A stretch of DNA of 42,587 bases from a candidate division WWE3 bacterium (lineage in GTDB: Bacteria; Patescibacteriota; WWE3; UBA101185; UBA10185), in assembly GCA_016182565.1 (NCBI GenBank), contig JACPGI010000002.1:1-42587 (forward strand), written 5' to 3'. The position numbers were made by a program, and so were the translations under genes. The notes below the pieces were generated by a model that saw nothing but the letters and a program-made list of their open reading frames with translations, made no database searches and had not been told where the DNA came from. The first letter of the stretch is position 1, and each line of letters opens with the position of its first letter. This document shows positions 17,910 through 27,127 of the stretch, piece after piece.

Positions 17910-18581
17910 ATGAAAACATATAATCTAGCCCTATTTGTGGTTTCAGGGGTTACAATAGCTTCTACAATTTTTGCCGTTAAACAAGGCATATTACCTGATT
18001 CCAAAATGTTCTTACCAGACTACTTAACTAAAAAAGGTGCTACTTTGGGTGTAGAAGATGCTTCTAATATTTTAATTGATGAGGAATTTAACGCTAAGAC
18101 CCTAGCTTTTTCAGACCTTTCAAAGCCTATTTACTATACCCCAAAGAAATTAGAGTTTTTAGGTGCCACAATAGATATAGAGGAAGTAAACTTAACTCCC
18201 GATGAAACCTTAGAAGCTCCAGAAAGTTGGTTTACAGCTGGTTGGTATACACAAAGCTCTAAGACAGGGGAGGCAGGTAACTTAATAATAGACGGCCACT
18301 ATGATACAAACACAGGTACCCCTGCAGCTTTTTGGGGATTGAAAAACTTAAAAGTAAATGATACAGTCACTTTGAAAGATTCGATGGACAAAGACTTCGT
18401 GTATAAAGTCCGTAGTGTTTTTTACGTTGACATTCAAGATCCCGATCGAACACTTATATTCGAGGAAACTCACAAGAAAGAATTGACTCTTATTACTTGT
18501 GGTGGGGTATGGGATACCGCTAAGCATACTTACGATAAAAGACTTATTGTAAAAGCAGACCTTGTTTCTGATCAGATTTAA
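17910..18581 (+). CDS. Class F sortase
   Basis: N-terminal TM, IDGHYD (His), LTLITCGG (Cys), KRLIV (Arg); ATG 17910 preferred as start. Confidence 0.9.
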   Translation: MKTYNLALFVVSGVTIASTIFAVKQGILPDSKMFLPDYLTKKGATLGVEDASNILIDEEFNAKTLAFSDLSKPIYYTPKKLEFLGATIDIEEVNLTPDETLEAPESWFTAGWYTQSSKTGEAGNLIIDGHYDTNTGTPAAFWGLKNLKVNDTVTLKDSMDKDFVYKVRSVFYVDIQDPDRTLIFEETHKKELTLITCGGVWDTAKHTYDKRLIVKADLVSDQI

Positions 18582-18599
18582 GGAAACGAGAGCTCTAGC

Positions 18600-18632
18600 G
18601 GGGAGGTAACTCGGGGCAGTGGTTATCTCCCC
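18600..18632 (+). terminator. Hairpin between sortase and rho
   Basis: GGGGAGGTAAC / GTTATCTCCCC with one G-U pair; T-rich sequence shortly after. Confidence 0.5.
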
Positions 18633-18710
18633 ACTTGAGTTTTTCAAACATGTTTTCTCAACAAAAATGAAAAAACAAAATATTTATTTATTTCATCAAT
18701 TTTAAAGCAT

Positions 18711-20351
18711 ATGCCAAGACTTTCATCCGCCTTAACCAAGGCAAAAAAAGACGATGTGGCTGACAAAAGCCAAGATACGACCAGTTTAAATAATTTAGTT
18801 CCTACAGAAGCAGTAGCTCCTGTTGATAGCATAAGTATTCCTACTATCGATATAGCAGATGTTGTGACTCCAATTCCCGGAGATTTACCTGTAGTCCCAA
18901 CACCCACAAATACAACTACAGATTTTGGAGCTATGCCCCAAAGAAGTAGATCTTCAAACTCTTATTCAAATAGCAACTCAAATTCTTCAAGATCCTTCGG
19001 AAGAAATCAGCCAAGTTTTAACAGTGGGGGAAATTCTCACAATAACAGTAGGTCATATGGAAACAATAACAACGACTCCGGAAGATTTGGTAATAGATCC
19101 ACAAGTTTTTCCCAGAATACTCAAACTCAAGCCCAGGGCTATCAAGCAGCCAATTATGGATCTGGTGGGTACACCCCTAGTTCAAACTATGGCAGTAACT
19201 ATGGTGGCGATGATTTAGTAGGTACTTTCTCCGGAGATACCGTTCCGGTTCAAGGTATGCTTGAAATTTTGCCTGATTACGGAGTTGTTAGACAACCTGA
19301 ACAACTCGATGAAACTTTACCAAAAGACGTATACACAAGCCTTTCTCAGATAAGAAGATTTGGGTTAAGAACAGGCGACATTGTAACAGGACAGGCAAGG
19401 CCTCCAAAAGACAACGAAAGATGGCTTTCTTTATTAAAAGTAGAAAAAGTAAATGGTCTTGATCCTGACCAAGCTAAGGCTAGACCTCATTTTAGTAAAC
19501 TTACCCCAATATTTCCTGACGAATGGTTGAAACTTGAAACTAAATCTGAAGTACTATCCACAAGACTTATTGATCTTGTTGCGCCTATTGGTAAGGGCCA
19601 AAGAGCTATGATTGTAGCTCCACCAAAAGCCGGTAAGACATGGCTTTTACAAGATATTGCAGCAGGAATTGCCGAAAACCATCCAGATATAACTTTGATG
19701 GTATGTCTTATTGGTGAGCGTCCGGAAGAGGTGACTGACATGCGAAGAAAAGTAAAAGGTGAGGTGTTTGCCAGTAATTTTGACGAGCCGTCAGAAGTCC
19801 AGACCCGTATAGCAGAGTTAACTCTCGAAAAAGCCAAAAGACTTGTCGAAAAAGGTGAGGACGTTGTCATATTAATGGATTCTTTAACCCGTCTTGCCAG
19901 AGCATACAATTTGGTTGTAGAGCCATCAGGTAGGACTTTATCAGGCGGATTTGATCCTTCAGCACTTTATCCACCAAAACACTTCTTTGGTGCCGCACGA
20001 AACGTAGAATTTGGCGGATCTCTTACAATCATTGCAACAGCACTTGTAGAAACTGGCTCTAGAATGGATGATGTTATTTTTGAAGAATTTAAGGGTACAG
20101 GTAACTCAGAACTTCGTCTTGATAGGTCATTAGCTGAAAGACGCGTATATCCTTCTATTGATATCAAAGCCTCTTCTACCCGAAATGAGGACAAGCTTTA
20201 TTCAAAAGAGGACTATACATCTGTAATTCTTTTACATCGCATGATCGACTTACTAAATGATAATGAGGTTACTGAGATGGTTACCAATAGAATGAAGAAA
20301 TCAAAGACAAATGCTGAGTTTTTAAAGAGTCTGCGTGACGGTGGAAAATAA
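18711..20351 (+). CDS. rho: Transcription termination factor Rho with long low-complexity N-terminus
   Basis: [49 protein letters not shown] motifs. Confidence 0.97.
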   Translation: MPRLSSALTKAKKDDVADKSQDTTSLNNLVPTEAVAPVDSISIPTIDIADVVTPIPGDLPVVPTPTNTTTDFGAMPQRSRSSNSYSNSNSNSSRSFGRNQPSFNSGGNSHNNSRSYGNNNNDSGRFGNRSTSFSQNTQTQAQGYQAANYGSGGYTPSSNYGSNYGGDDLVGTFSGDTVPVQGMLEILPDYGVVRQPEQLDETLPKDVYTSLSQIRRFGLRTGDIVTGQARPPKDNERWLSLLKVEKVNGLDPDQAKARPHFSKLTPIFPDEWLKLETKSEVLSTRLIDLVAPIGKGQRAMIVAPPKAGKTWLLQDIAAGIAENHPDITLMVCLIGERPEEVTDMRRKVKGEVFASNFDEPSEVQTRIAELTLEKAKRLVEKGEDVVILMDSLTRLARAYNLVVEPSGRTLSGGFDPSALYPPKHFFGAARNVEFGGSLTIIATALVETGSRMDDVIFEEFKGTGNSELRLDRSLAERRVYPSIDIKASSTRNEDKLYSKEDYTSVILLHRMIDLLNDNEVTEMVTNRMKKSKTNAEFLKSLRDGGK

Positions 20352-20392
20352 GGCTGTGGCCTGTTAAAATAGCAAAGTCTTTTAAGACATCT

Positions 20393-21628
20393 ATGGCTAT
20401 TTCCTTTAAACGCTTTACGCCTAAAGATTGGCTTACTTTTCTTACCTCACGTTTTTCTTCCAGAAAAGTTTCCCAATTAACCCTAAAGGGTTTTAGGCCT
20501 ACAGCGCGCGATTATCTTAATAAACTTTTTACACCTATTACTTTTTTTGTAAGTTTTGTATTCAAATACTTCTTCAAAAAGATTGTAAAAATGGGGTTTG
20601 GGGTTGGTAGGACCAGCAATTCAATTAAATCTCTATTGGTTTGGTCAAAAGAATCTTTAATTAAAAAGCTTATTTGGTCAAGGGGCCGTCTAGGTAGACC
20701 AATTGCGAATATCATAGTACTTGGGGTAGCACTTGTGGTTTTTGTTTTCGGTGAAATATTAAATAGTAGTAAGTTTGTAAATAGCCAAGAACTTGATGCC
20801 GATTACCTTTCAAATGTAAGTGACATTATCGCAAATACAAATACTGCATTAACAACAATTCCTGAAAATAGAAAACAAACCGAGTCTTTTAACTATACTG
20901 TTGAGGGAGGGGATACCCTTTCTGGTATTGGGCAAAAGTTTAAAATATCAATTGATGCCCTAGAGTATGTAAATGGACTTACTGATTCCTCTGTGTTGAC
21001 TGTGGGTAAGGTTATTGTGATTCCACCTGCATCAGGTCTTATTCACAAAGTTGAATCTGGTGATACCCTTGCATCTATTGCTAAAAAATACGAAGTTGCT
21101 CAACAGGCAATAGCTGATTTTAACTATCTTTTGGATACTAAACTTGCGATAGGCACAGAGCTTGTTATTCCGGGAGCAAAAGTACCTCAGCCTGTTTATA
21201 TACCACCAATCCCAACATTTATAGATCAGCCATCTTTTACCAGTATTCCAAATCTTGCTGATGGGTTTATGTGGCCGACTTCAGTTCGAATTATTACTCA
21301 ATACTTCTCTTGGTATCACAATGGAATTGATATTGCAGTGCCTTGGGGATGGGGTATGCCACCTCTTTGGGCAAGTTCTAGTGGCACCGTTACAAGAGCG
21401 GGTTGGGATCCATGGGGGCTTGGGCTTCATGTTGTGATAGACCATGGCGATGGTTATCAGAGCACATACGGACATATGAGTAGACTTGATGTTAAGTACG
21501 GTCAAAGAGTAGGTAAAGGTGATCAAATTGGACTTATGGGTAATACAGGCCGCTCCACTGGGCCACACGTCCACTTTATTATAAAATATGGCGGAGTTGC
21601 AAGAGATCCTCTGAAATATGTAAATTAG
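20393..21628 (+). CDS. Membrane-anchored LysM-LysM-M23 peptidoglycan endopeptidase
   Basis: Two LysM repeats (YTVEGGDTLSGIG, HKVESGDTLASIA); HNGID and HVH zinc motifs. Confidence 0.9.
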   Translation: MAISFKRFTPKDWLTFLTSRFSSRKVSQLTLKGFRPTARDYLNKLFTPITFFVSFVFKYFFKKIVKMGFGVGRTSNSIKSLLVWSKESLIKKLIWSRGRLGRPIANIIVLGVALVVFVFGEILNSSKFVNSQELDADYLSNVSDIIANTNTALTTIPENRKQTESFNYTVEGGDTLSGIGQKFKISIDALEYVNGLTDSSVLTVGKVIVIPPASGLIHKVESGDTLASIAKKYEVAQQAIADFNYLLDTKLAIGTELVIPGAKVPQPVYIPPIPTFIDQPSFTSIPNLADGFMWPTSVRIITQYFSWYHNGIDIAVPWGWGMPPLWASSSGTVTRAGWDPWGLGLHVVIDHGDGYQSTYGHMSRLDVKYGQRVGKGDQIGLMGNTGRSTGPHVHFIIKYGGVARDPLKYVN

Positions 21629-21655
21629 ACGGCATCTGTTAGAATTCCCCTGCAT

Positions 21656-22822
21656 ATGAACAAAAACCTATTTATAGACACAGCAAAAATTACCATAAAA
21701 GCGGGAAACGGCGGTGATGGCAGTGTTTCTTTTAGGCGTGAGAAATTTGTTCCTAAGGGTGGTCCAGACGGTGGTGATGGGGGATATGGCGGAAGTGTTT
21801 ATTTTGAAGCCATTTCCAATATGGCAACACTTATGGACTTTAGGGCAAAATCCAAATACGCTGCCCAACCAGGTCAAGGTGGCACAGGCAAGAAAATGTA
21901 TGGCTTACATGGCGAGGATTTAATTATCAAAGTTCCAAGGGGAACAATGATTTATCAGGTCACAAAAACCGATACCACAGGGGTTTTATCTGAGGTTTTG
22001 GTTGCAGACATGGTTTCAGAAGGGGAGCGAGTTTTACTTGCTCAAGGTGGACGCGGTGGAAAGGGTAATGAAAAATTTAAAAGCTCTACAAATCAAACTC
22101 CACTACAATATACAAAAGGTACACCGGGTGAAGAAAAGGACTTAAGACTTGAAATCAAACTTATTGCCGATGTTGGTCTTGTTGGTAAGCCAAATGCCGG
22201 CAAAAGTACTTTACTAAATAGACTTACTGGAACCAACGCAAAGGTAGCAAACTATCCTTTCACCACACTTATTCCAAATCTTGGGGTATGTCTTTTAAAA
22301 AGTGGTAAAACTTTAATCATAGCCGATGTTCCAGGTCTTATTGAGGGTGCTGCGGAAGGCCGAGGTCTTGGGGATGATTTCTTGCGTCATGTCGAAAGAA
22401 CAAAACTTATAGTCCACCTGGTTGACCCATTTGTATTTGATAAAGATAAGGACTTTGCAGAACAGGCGGTAGAGTCATATGACGCCATAAGAAATGAACT
22501 TTCACTGTATAGTGACAAGATAGCCAAAAAAAGAGAGATTGTAGTTATTACAAAGCTTGATATATTTGAAGTCAAAGAGAAGTTTGAAGATATAAAAAAG
22601 GCTTTTAAGAAAAAAAAGATAGATGTACAAGGTATATCAGCTGTGACTGGGGAGGGTATCTCTGAATTTTTGCAAAAACTTATGGTTGAATTTAGTAAAA
22701 TTACATCAGCTGACTTGGATGTCCCCCAAATTACAACTAAAGTGTACGGAATAACTGACTTACCAAACAGAAGATTGGTATTTAACGATAATGTTGCCGA
22801 GTACGATCATTTGTGGGAATAA
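21656..22822 (+). CDS. obgE: GTPase ObgE/CgtA
   Basis: Gly-rich Obg fold (GGNGGDG), GKPNAGKST, YPFTT, DVPG, TKLD motifs. Confidence 0.97.
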   Translation: MNKNLFIDTAKITIKAGNGGDGSVSFRREKFVPKGGPDGGDGGYGGSVYFEAISNMATLMDFRAKSKYAAQPGQGGTGKKMYGLHGEDLIIKVPRGTMIYQVTKTDTTGVLSEVLVADMVSEGERVLLAQGGRGGKGNEKFKSSTNQTPLQYTKGTPGEEKDLRLEIKLIADVGLVGKPNAGKSTLLNRLTGTNAKVANYPFTTLIPNLGVCLLKSGKTLIIADVPGLIEGAAEGRGLGDDFLRHVERTKLIVHLVDPFVFDKDKDFAEQAVESYDAIRNELSLYSDKIAKKREIVVITKLDIFEVKEKFEDIKKAFKKKKIDVQGISAVTGEGISEFLQKLMVEFSKITSADLDVPQITTKVYGITDLPNRRLVFNDNVAEYDHLWE

Positions 22823-22909
22823 CCCGTCTTATTTGGTAAAATGTTTGAAGCATTTGGCAGGTGGTATAGGTAATAGGGTTATATACCCATTTAATTTTTT
22901 CTTGGATAT

Positions 22910-22985
22910 GGGCCGTTAGCTTAGTTGGTAGAGCGCTTCCATGGCATGGAAGAGGTCAGCGGTTCGACTCCGCTACGGTCCACCA
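22910..22985 (+). tRNA. tRNA-Ala(GGC)
   Basis: 76-nt cloverleaf, G3:U70 pair, anticodon loop ATGGCAT (A32-U38), TTCGA loop, encoded CCA. Confidence 0.97.
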
Positions 22986-23104
22986 GATTACTTAACGAGC
23001 AGTGCGAGTTTAGTAAGATGGGATGCAATAGGAGCGCAGCGACGAATTGCCACCAAATACCTTATTTTAACTCGTACAATAATCACCTGTTTGATTCCCT
23101 AGGT

Positions 23105-25303
23105 TTAGTTTGATATCTCAAGTGGGTTATTGCTACCCGCATCCTCCAAAGGCGCTTGATTTACCGGAGCTTGGGTATTTATGTTGTTTGTTCCTTCAAT
23201 GTCAGCAACACTTGGTTGTGAAGTAGCTCCAGCAACATTTGGCATTTTAGATAAGTTTTCTATTTCTGCTGCTACTCTTGTGTAGTCTTCACTTTTTTCA
23301 TCAACTAGTTTCTTTGTAAATTCAAGTTCTTGAATAGCTTCTGGGTACTTTTTAAGCTCTCTTAATGATTGTGCAAGGTTGTAGTGAGCGTTTGCGTAAT
23401 CATTTTTTAACGTTACCGCCTGGCTAAATAAATTTGCAGCAGATAAGAAGTCACTTTGTGCATAGTATATTCCCCCTAAAGCTAGCCTTAATCTTGGATT
23501 TACTGGATCAAGTTGTATTGCTGCGTTTAATGATTTAATTGCCCAATCATTGGCGTCTTTTGCAACCCCTTGAAGTGATCTATAGACAAGTGCCCTTGTT
23601 TCCCAATTTGCTGCATTTAGAGGATTTAGTACTTCAGTTGTTACTTTTGTACTTCTTATAGCCTGTGCTATCAAAGTTTGAATGGTGTTTTTTTCCTCAT
23701 CAGATAAAGTTTCTTTAGAGGCAAGGGAATTTGCAAGTGCAATATTTGTATTTGCATAAGAATTATGATAGCTATCTCGCATTGGAAAAGCTTCAATTGC
23801 TTTCTGTTGCAATTGATAAGTAAGTGACCCATTGTTTTCCTGTGCAGCTGCAATTGCGCTTCGAGTATAGAATTCCCCCTCGTACTGTCTAAACATATAG
23901 TAAGATCCCGCTAACGCTACAAGAGTTATAGGTACAGCCATGATGTATTGAAACACCTCCTTGTCAGTATTTATAAGTGACATTTTGTTCCCCTTACTTA
24001 TGGAAGAAAGGCTTAAGTTTACGTTCTCTGTATCATTAGTTCCATCAATCCTGTATTTGGCTACAAGAGCTGCTAGAAGTAGTACTAACAAAAACCCAGT
24101 TGTGACAGAGGCGTATGTAAAACCAAAGGCTACAACCATTGCAATAATCGCAGTACCAATCCCGACTGTAAGTTCCTTTTCATCAAAACTGCTTTTGGCA
24201 GCCATACAGTATTTTAGTACCTTGAAAGTAAGTGCTAGGGTAGCAACAAGTCCTACAATACCCATACTTGCAATTATAGAAAACAGCTCGCTAAACGGTT
24301 TATCAAATCTCACTTCCCAATAATTTCTATCATTTACGGATACCGGTTTATATCTATTGTAATTGATTACAAAAGTAGATGGTCCTGTACCTAAGATAGG
24401 GAAGTCTCTAAGAACTGAAGAGGTTACAATCCAAGATTCTTTTGCAGAGATTCTAATTTCAGACGGATAGTTTTCATTTATAAGTATGTTTCTTGTTGCA
24501 GGAACAGTAAGGACAGTTACAACAAGTAGACAAAATCCAAGAAGAGTAAAAAGTACCCCTTTATTTTGCATGTAAACTTTTATATCGGATAGAAATGCTA
24601 GCACTATAAGGCCAACTCCAAGTGTAATCCAAACCGCAACTGTTCCCATTAGAACAATAGCAACAAAATTTATCATTATGGTAGGTATTAGGGCCACCTT
24701 TTTTGTTGTCTTGGTTTGTGACGAGGCGTTACTAAGAGCAAGTATTAGACCAATTACAGCGAGCAGCGCTACAACTTCAGAAGAGCCTGTTGTTGTGAAG
24801 TTTGGTATTTGAAAAAATGCGGAAGTTCCAAAAATAACACCAAAATAGCTAAGTATGGCGATAAAACTAACAAAAGTAGTACTTAGTACTATTCCATTAA
24901 TAACCCCCCTTATTGCTTTTGTGCTAGATAAATTGGAGGAAGTCACATAGTAAAAGAAGGCCAGTACCAATGTACTAAATAGGCTTGGAAACCAGCGGCC
25001 GAGACTCCCAAAAATGCTAGATACTTTGTGTAGTGAAAATACTGTTGCGAGTATTGTTACAATAAGAAACATCAAAAAAGGTAAATCAAGGGGTGATTTT
25101 GTAATTTCCACCTTTTTGTTTGTAATCATCTTTGCAAGCCAGACAATAAGCATGAATATTGTGGCTACGGTAATAAGGGCCAGCTTATTAAATTCAAAAA
25201 ACTCAGATGTTATTGGTAGAAAAAAAATTGGTACTAAAAATGCTAAAAATTTTGGGAACACATCCAATAAGGATTCTATAATAGTTGTCTTTTTGTCTTG
25301 CAT
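23105..25303 (-). CDS. O-antigen-ligase-like polytopic membrane protein with C-terminal TPR repeats
   Basis: Many TM segments; PILGTGPSTF loop motif; TPR-like helices (AIQLDPVN, YANAHYNLA). Confidence 0.8.
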   Translation of the reverse strand: MQDKKTTIIESLLDVFPKFLAFLVPIFFLPITSEFFEFNKLALITVATIFMLIVWLAKMITNKKVEITKSPLDLPFLMFLIVTILATVFSLHKVSSIFGSLGRWFPSLFSTLVLAFFYYVTSSNLSSTKAIRGVINGIVLSTTFVSFIAILSYFGVIFGTSAFFQIPNFTTTGSSEVVALLAVIGLILALSNASSQTKTTKKVALIPTIMINFVAIVLMGTVAVWITLGVGLIVLAFLSDIKVYMQNKGVLFTLLGFCLLVVTVLTVPATRNILINENYPSEIRISAKESWIVTSSVLRDFPILGTGPSTFVINYNRYKPVSVNDRNYWEVRFDKPFSELFSIIASMGIVGLVATLALTFKVLKYCMAAKSSFDEKELTVGIGTAIIAMVVAFGFTYASVTTGFLLVLLLAALVAKYRIDGTNDTENVNLSLSSISKGNKMSLINTDKEVFQYIMAVPITLVALAGSYYMFRQYEGEFYTRSAIAAAQENNGSLTYQLQQKAIEAFPMRDSYHNSYANTNIALANSLASKETLSDEEKNTIQTLIAQAIRSTKVTTEVLNPLNAANWETRALVYRSLQGVAKDANDWAIKSLNAAIQLDPVNPRLRLALGGIYYAQSDFLSAANLFSQAVTLKNDYANAHYNLAQSLRELKKYPEAIQELEFTKKLVDEKSEDYTRVAAEIENLSKMPNVAGATSQPSVADIEGTNNINTQAPVNQAPLEDAGSNNPLEISN

Positions 25304-25403
25304 TGCTTTCCTTTAATAAATTTTTAAGTAACTACGATTACAATATAATGAAGCACAATTTATTTAAGGTCAATAAGATATTTCTCGTAATGGGAAAGTA
25401 ACA

Positions 25404-26081
25404 CTACTGAGCTATAAACCAGTTAAAAGTTGCATCTTGAGATGTAGCCGCATCCAGCTCTAAATAAAATCCTTGGTTGTCAATTTTTTTGCTAACCCAA
25501 TATTTTGAGGCTGGTGTAAAACTACTTTCAAAGGTAACGCTAATTCTTGACTCTTGGGTAACGATAGAGGAGGGTATAAAAAATGTTTTCTGACGCGCTG
25601 GAATAAAACTTGTACCAGTCTCAAGAATCCTAGCCGGAAGACTCTGGGATCGAATTTGATTTAATAGGTTTTGTTTTGCATTCAAGCCCCCAGAAAAGAT
25701 TCCAAGCTCCAAAAGGATAGTGCCAAGTATTAGAAAAAACGTCAAATATACTACTGTACTTGTCCTTTTCTCGGGTGTATCGAGAAACGAGAAGATTTTT
25801 CTGATGTTTTGTTTTGCCTCCACAGATTTAAGTGCTTTTTCTATTTGTTCATTTGTTTTTCCTGATGCTTTAAGACTTTCTATAAGCTCAAGTCTATTAA
25901 TCGACCAGTTTGGGTAATGGCCTACGACCTCACTATTTTCATTTTTCATTCTTTCCATATGAGGAAGCCATCCAATTTTTGTGTAATATCTTAATCTGTT
26001 GTACGGATTACCCTTACCCAAATTAATACCATTACTTTTTGCTGTTTCTATAAGTTTCTCAGCTGAAATGTATAAAGACAT
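25404..26081 (-). CDS. MerR-like HTH, single TM and C-terminal beta domain
   Basis: RLRYYTKIGWLP HTH wing motif; one hydrophobic helix; C-terminal YWVSKK..GFYLEL..FNWFI segment. Confidence 0.75.
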   Translation of the reverse strand: MSLYISAEKLIETAKSNGINLGKGNPYNRLRYYTKIGWLPHMERMKNENSEVVGHYPNWSINRLELIESLKASGKTNEQIEKALKSVEAKQNIRKIFSFLDTPEKRTSTVVYLTFFLILGTILLELGIFSGGLNAKQNLLNQIRSQSLPARILETGTSFIPARQKTFFIPSSIVTQESRISVTFESSFTPASKYWVSKKIDNQGFYLELDAATSQDATFNWFIAQ

Positions 26082-26106
26082 GATTCGATTATAGCATGGG
26101 GTATTT

Positions 26107-26121
26107 TCTAGTATTACTAGA
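26107..26121. promoter_or_regulatory. Palindromic candidate operator in the divergent merR-like/dprA region
   Basis: TCTAGTA-T-TACTAGA. Confidence 0.5.
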
Positions 26122-26170
26122 TACCTATGGGTTTCTTTAGAGTTTGTATTTTGCTAGTTTTGATTTTGGT

Positions 26171-27127
26171 ATGCAAGGCTTTAATTCTGATTATATCTGT
26201 ATAAAAGATCCAAGATTTCCCCCAAGTCTAGCTTTGACACCAGATTGTCCCGTAGGTGTATATTTTAAGGGTAATTTGGATTTAGGTAAGTTACAAAAGT
26301 CTCTGGCTATAGTGGGAACAAGGCGTTGCTCTAGGTATTGTACTGAGGTGTTAAAGCTTTTTATGCCCGAACTTACCCTAAATAAAGTTACTATAGTATC
26401 CGGGTTTATGTATGGGGTTGATTACGAGGCTCATTCCATTTGTTTAGATTTTGATGGATACACTGTTGCAGTACTACCGTTTGGCATTGATTTTTGTCCC
26501 ACATCCTATATGACAAGTTTATACAATCGAATTCTTACTCACGGGGGCTTAATTATATCGGAGTATCCGGAAAAACATCCTCCGGAGAAATGGACATTTA
26601 TTGCAAGAAACCGTATTGTTGCCGGATTATCAGCGGGAGTGGTTATTGTAGAGGCTGCACTAAAAAGTGGTTCCATCATAACTGCTCGTAAAACTTTAGA
26701 ATATGGTGGTAAAGTATGTGCCATACCTGGCTCAATTACAGCAGATACTTCAAAAGGTACAAATGAGCTTATAAAGATGGGCTTAGATGGCAATGCAGTT
26801 ATTCCAGTAAATCAAGTTTCAGATATTTTTGACACCTTTTCTTTCAAATGGGGTTTAAAAGAAGAAAGACTAAGTGATGAAATTGTCTTTAGACATAAGA
26901 ATTTAAGTGGCTTAATCACCAACAAGGGTCCAAACGACTTACATGTTTCACAAGTTGAAAGAAATCTTTTACAAAGCATCAAATTAAACTCCGGGTTGAC
27001 TTTTGAGGAAATATTAGAGCAGCACTTTAATGACAATAATTCTGAACTAAGCCTGATTTACTATCTTACCAAGTTACAAATACAGGGTTTTATAGAAGAG
27101 GGTGGGGGAAGGTACTATGCTTGTTAG
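26171..27127 (+). CDS. dprA: DNA-processing protein DprA, lacking the N-terminal SAM domain
   Basis: LAIVGTRR, IVSGFMYGVD, FIARNRIVAGLS, VVIVEAALKSGS motifs; start uncertain (TTG 26144 or ATG 26171). Confidence 0.93.
   Translation: MQGFNSDYICIKDPRFPPSLALTPDCPVGVYFKGNLDLGKLQKSLAIVGTRRCSRYCTEVLKLFMPELTLNKVTIVSGFMYGVDYEAHSICLDFDGYTVAVLPFGIDFCPTSYMTSLYNRILTHGGLIISEYPEKHPPEKWTFIARNRIVAGLSAGVVIVEAALKSGSIITARKTLEYGGKVCAIPGSITADTSKGTNELIKMGLDGNAVIPVNQVSDIFDTFSFKWGLKEERLSDEIVFRHKNLSGLITNKGPNDLHVSQVERNLLQSIKLNSGLTFEEILEQHFNDNNSELSLIYYLTKLQIQGFIEEGGGRYYAC

Noticed and set aside
22960-22985. tRNA-Ala 3' end as an integration (att) site
   Set aside because: No duplicate of the tRNA 3' sequence was noticed in the window and no integrase is adjacent.
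22925-23113. 62-aa ORF in the ORF track
   Set aside because: It overlaps a clear tRNA-Ala gene and is a spurious reading.
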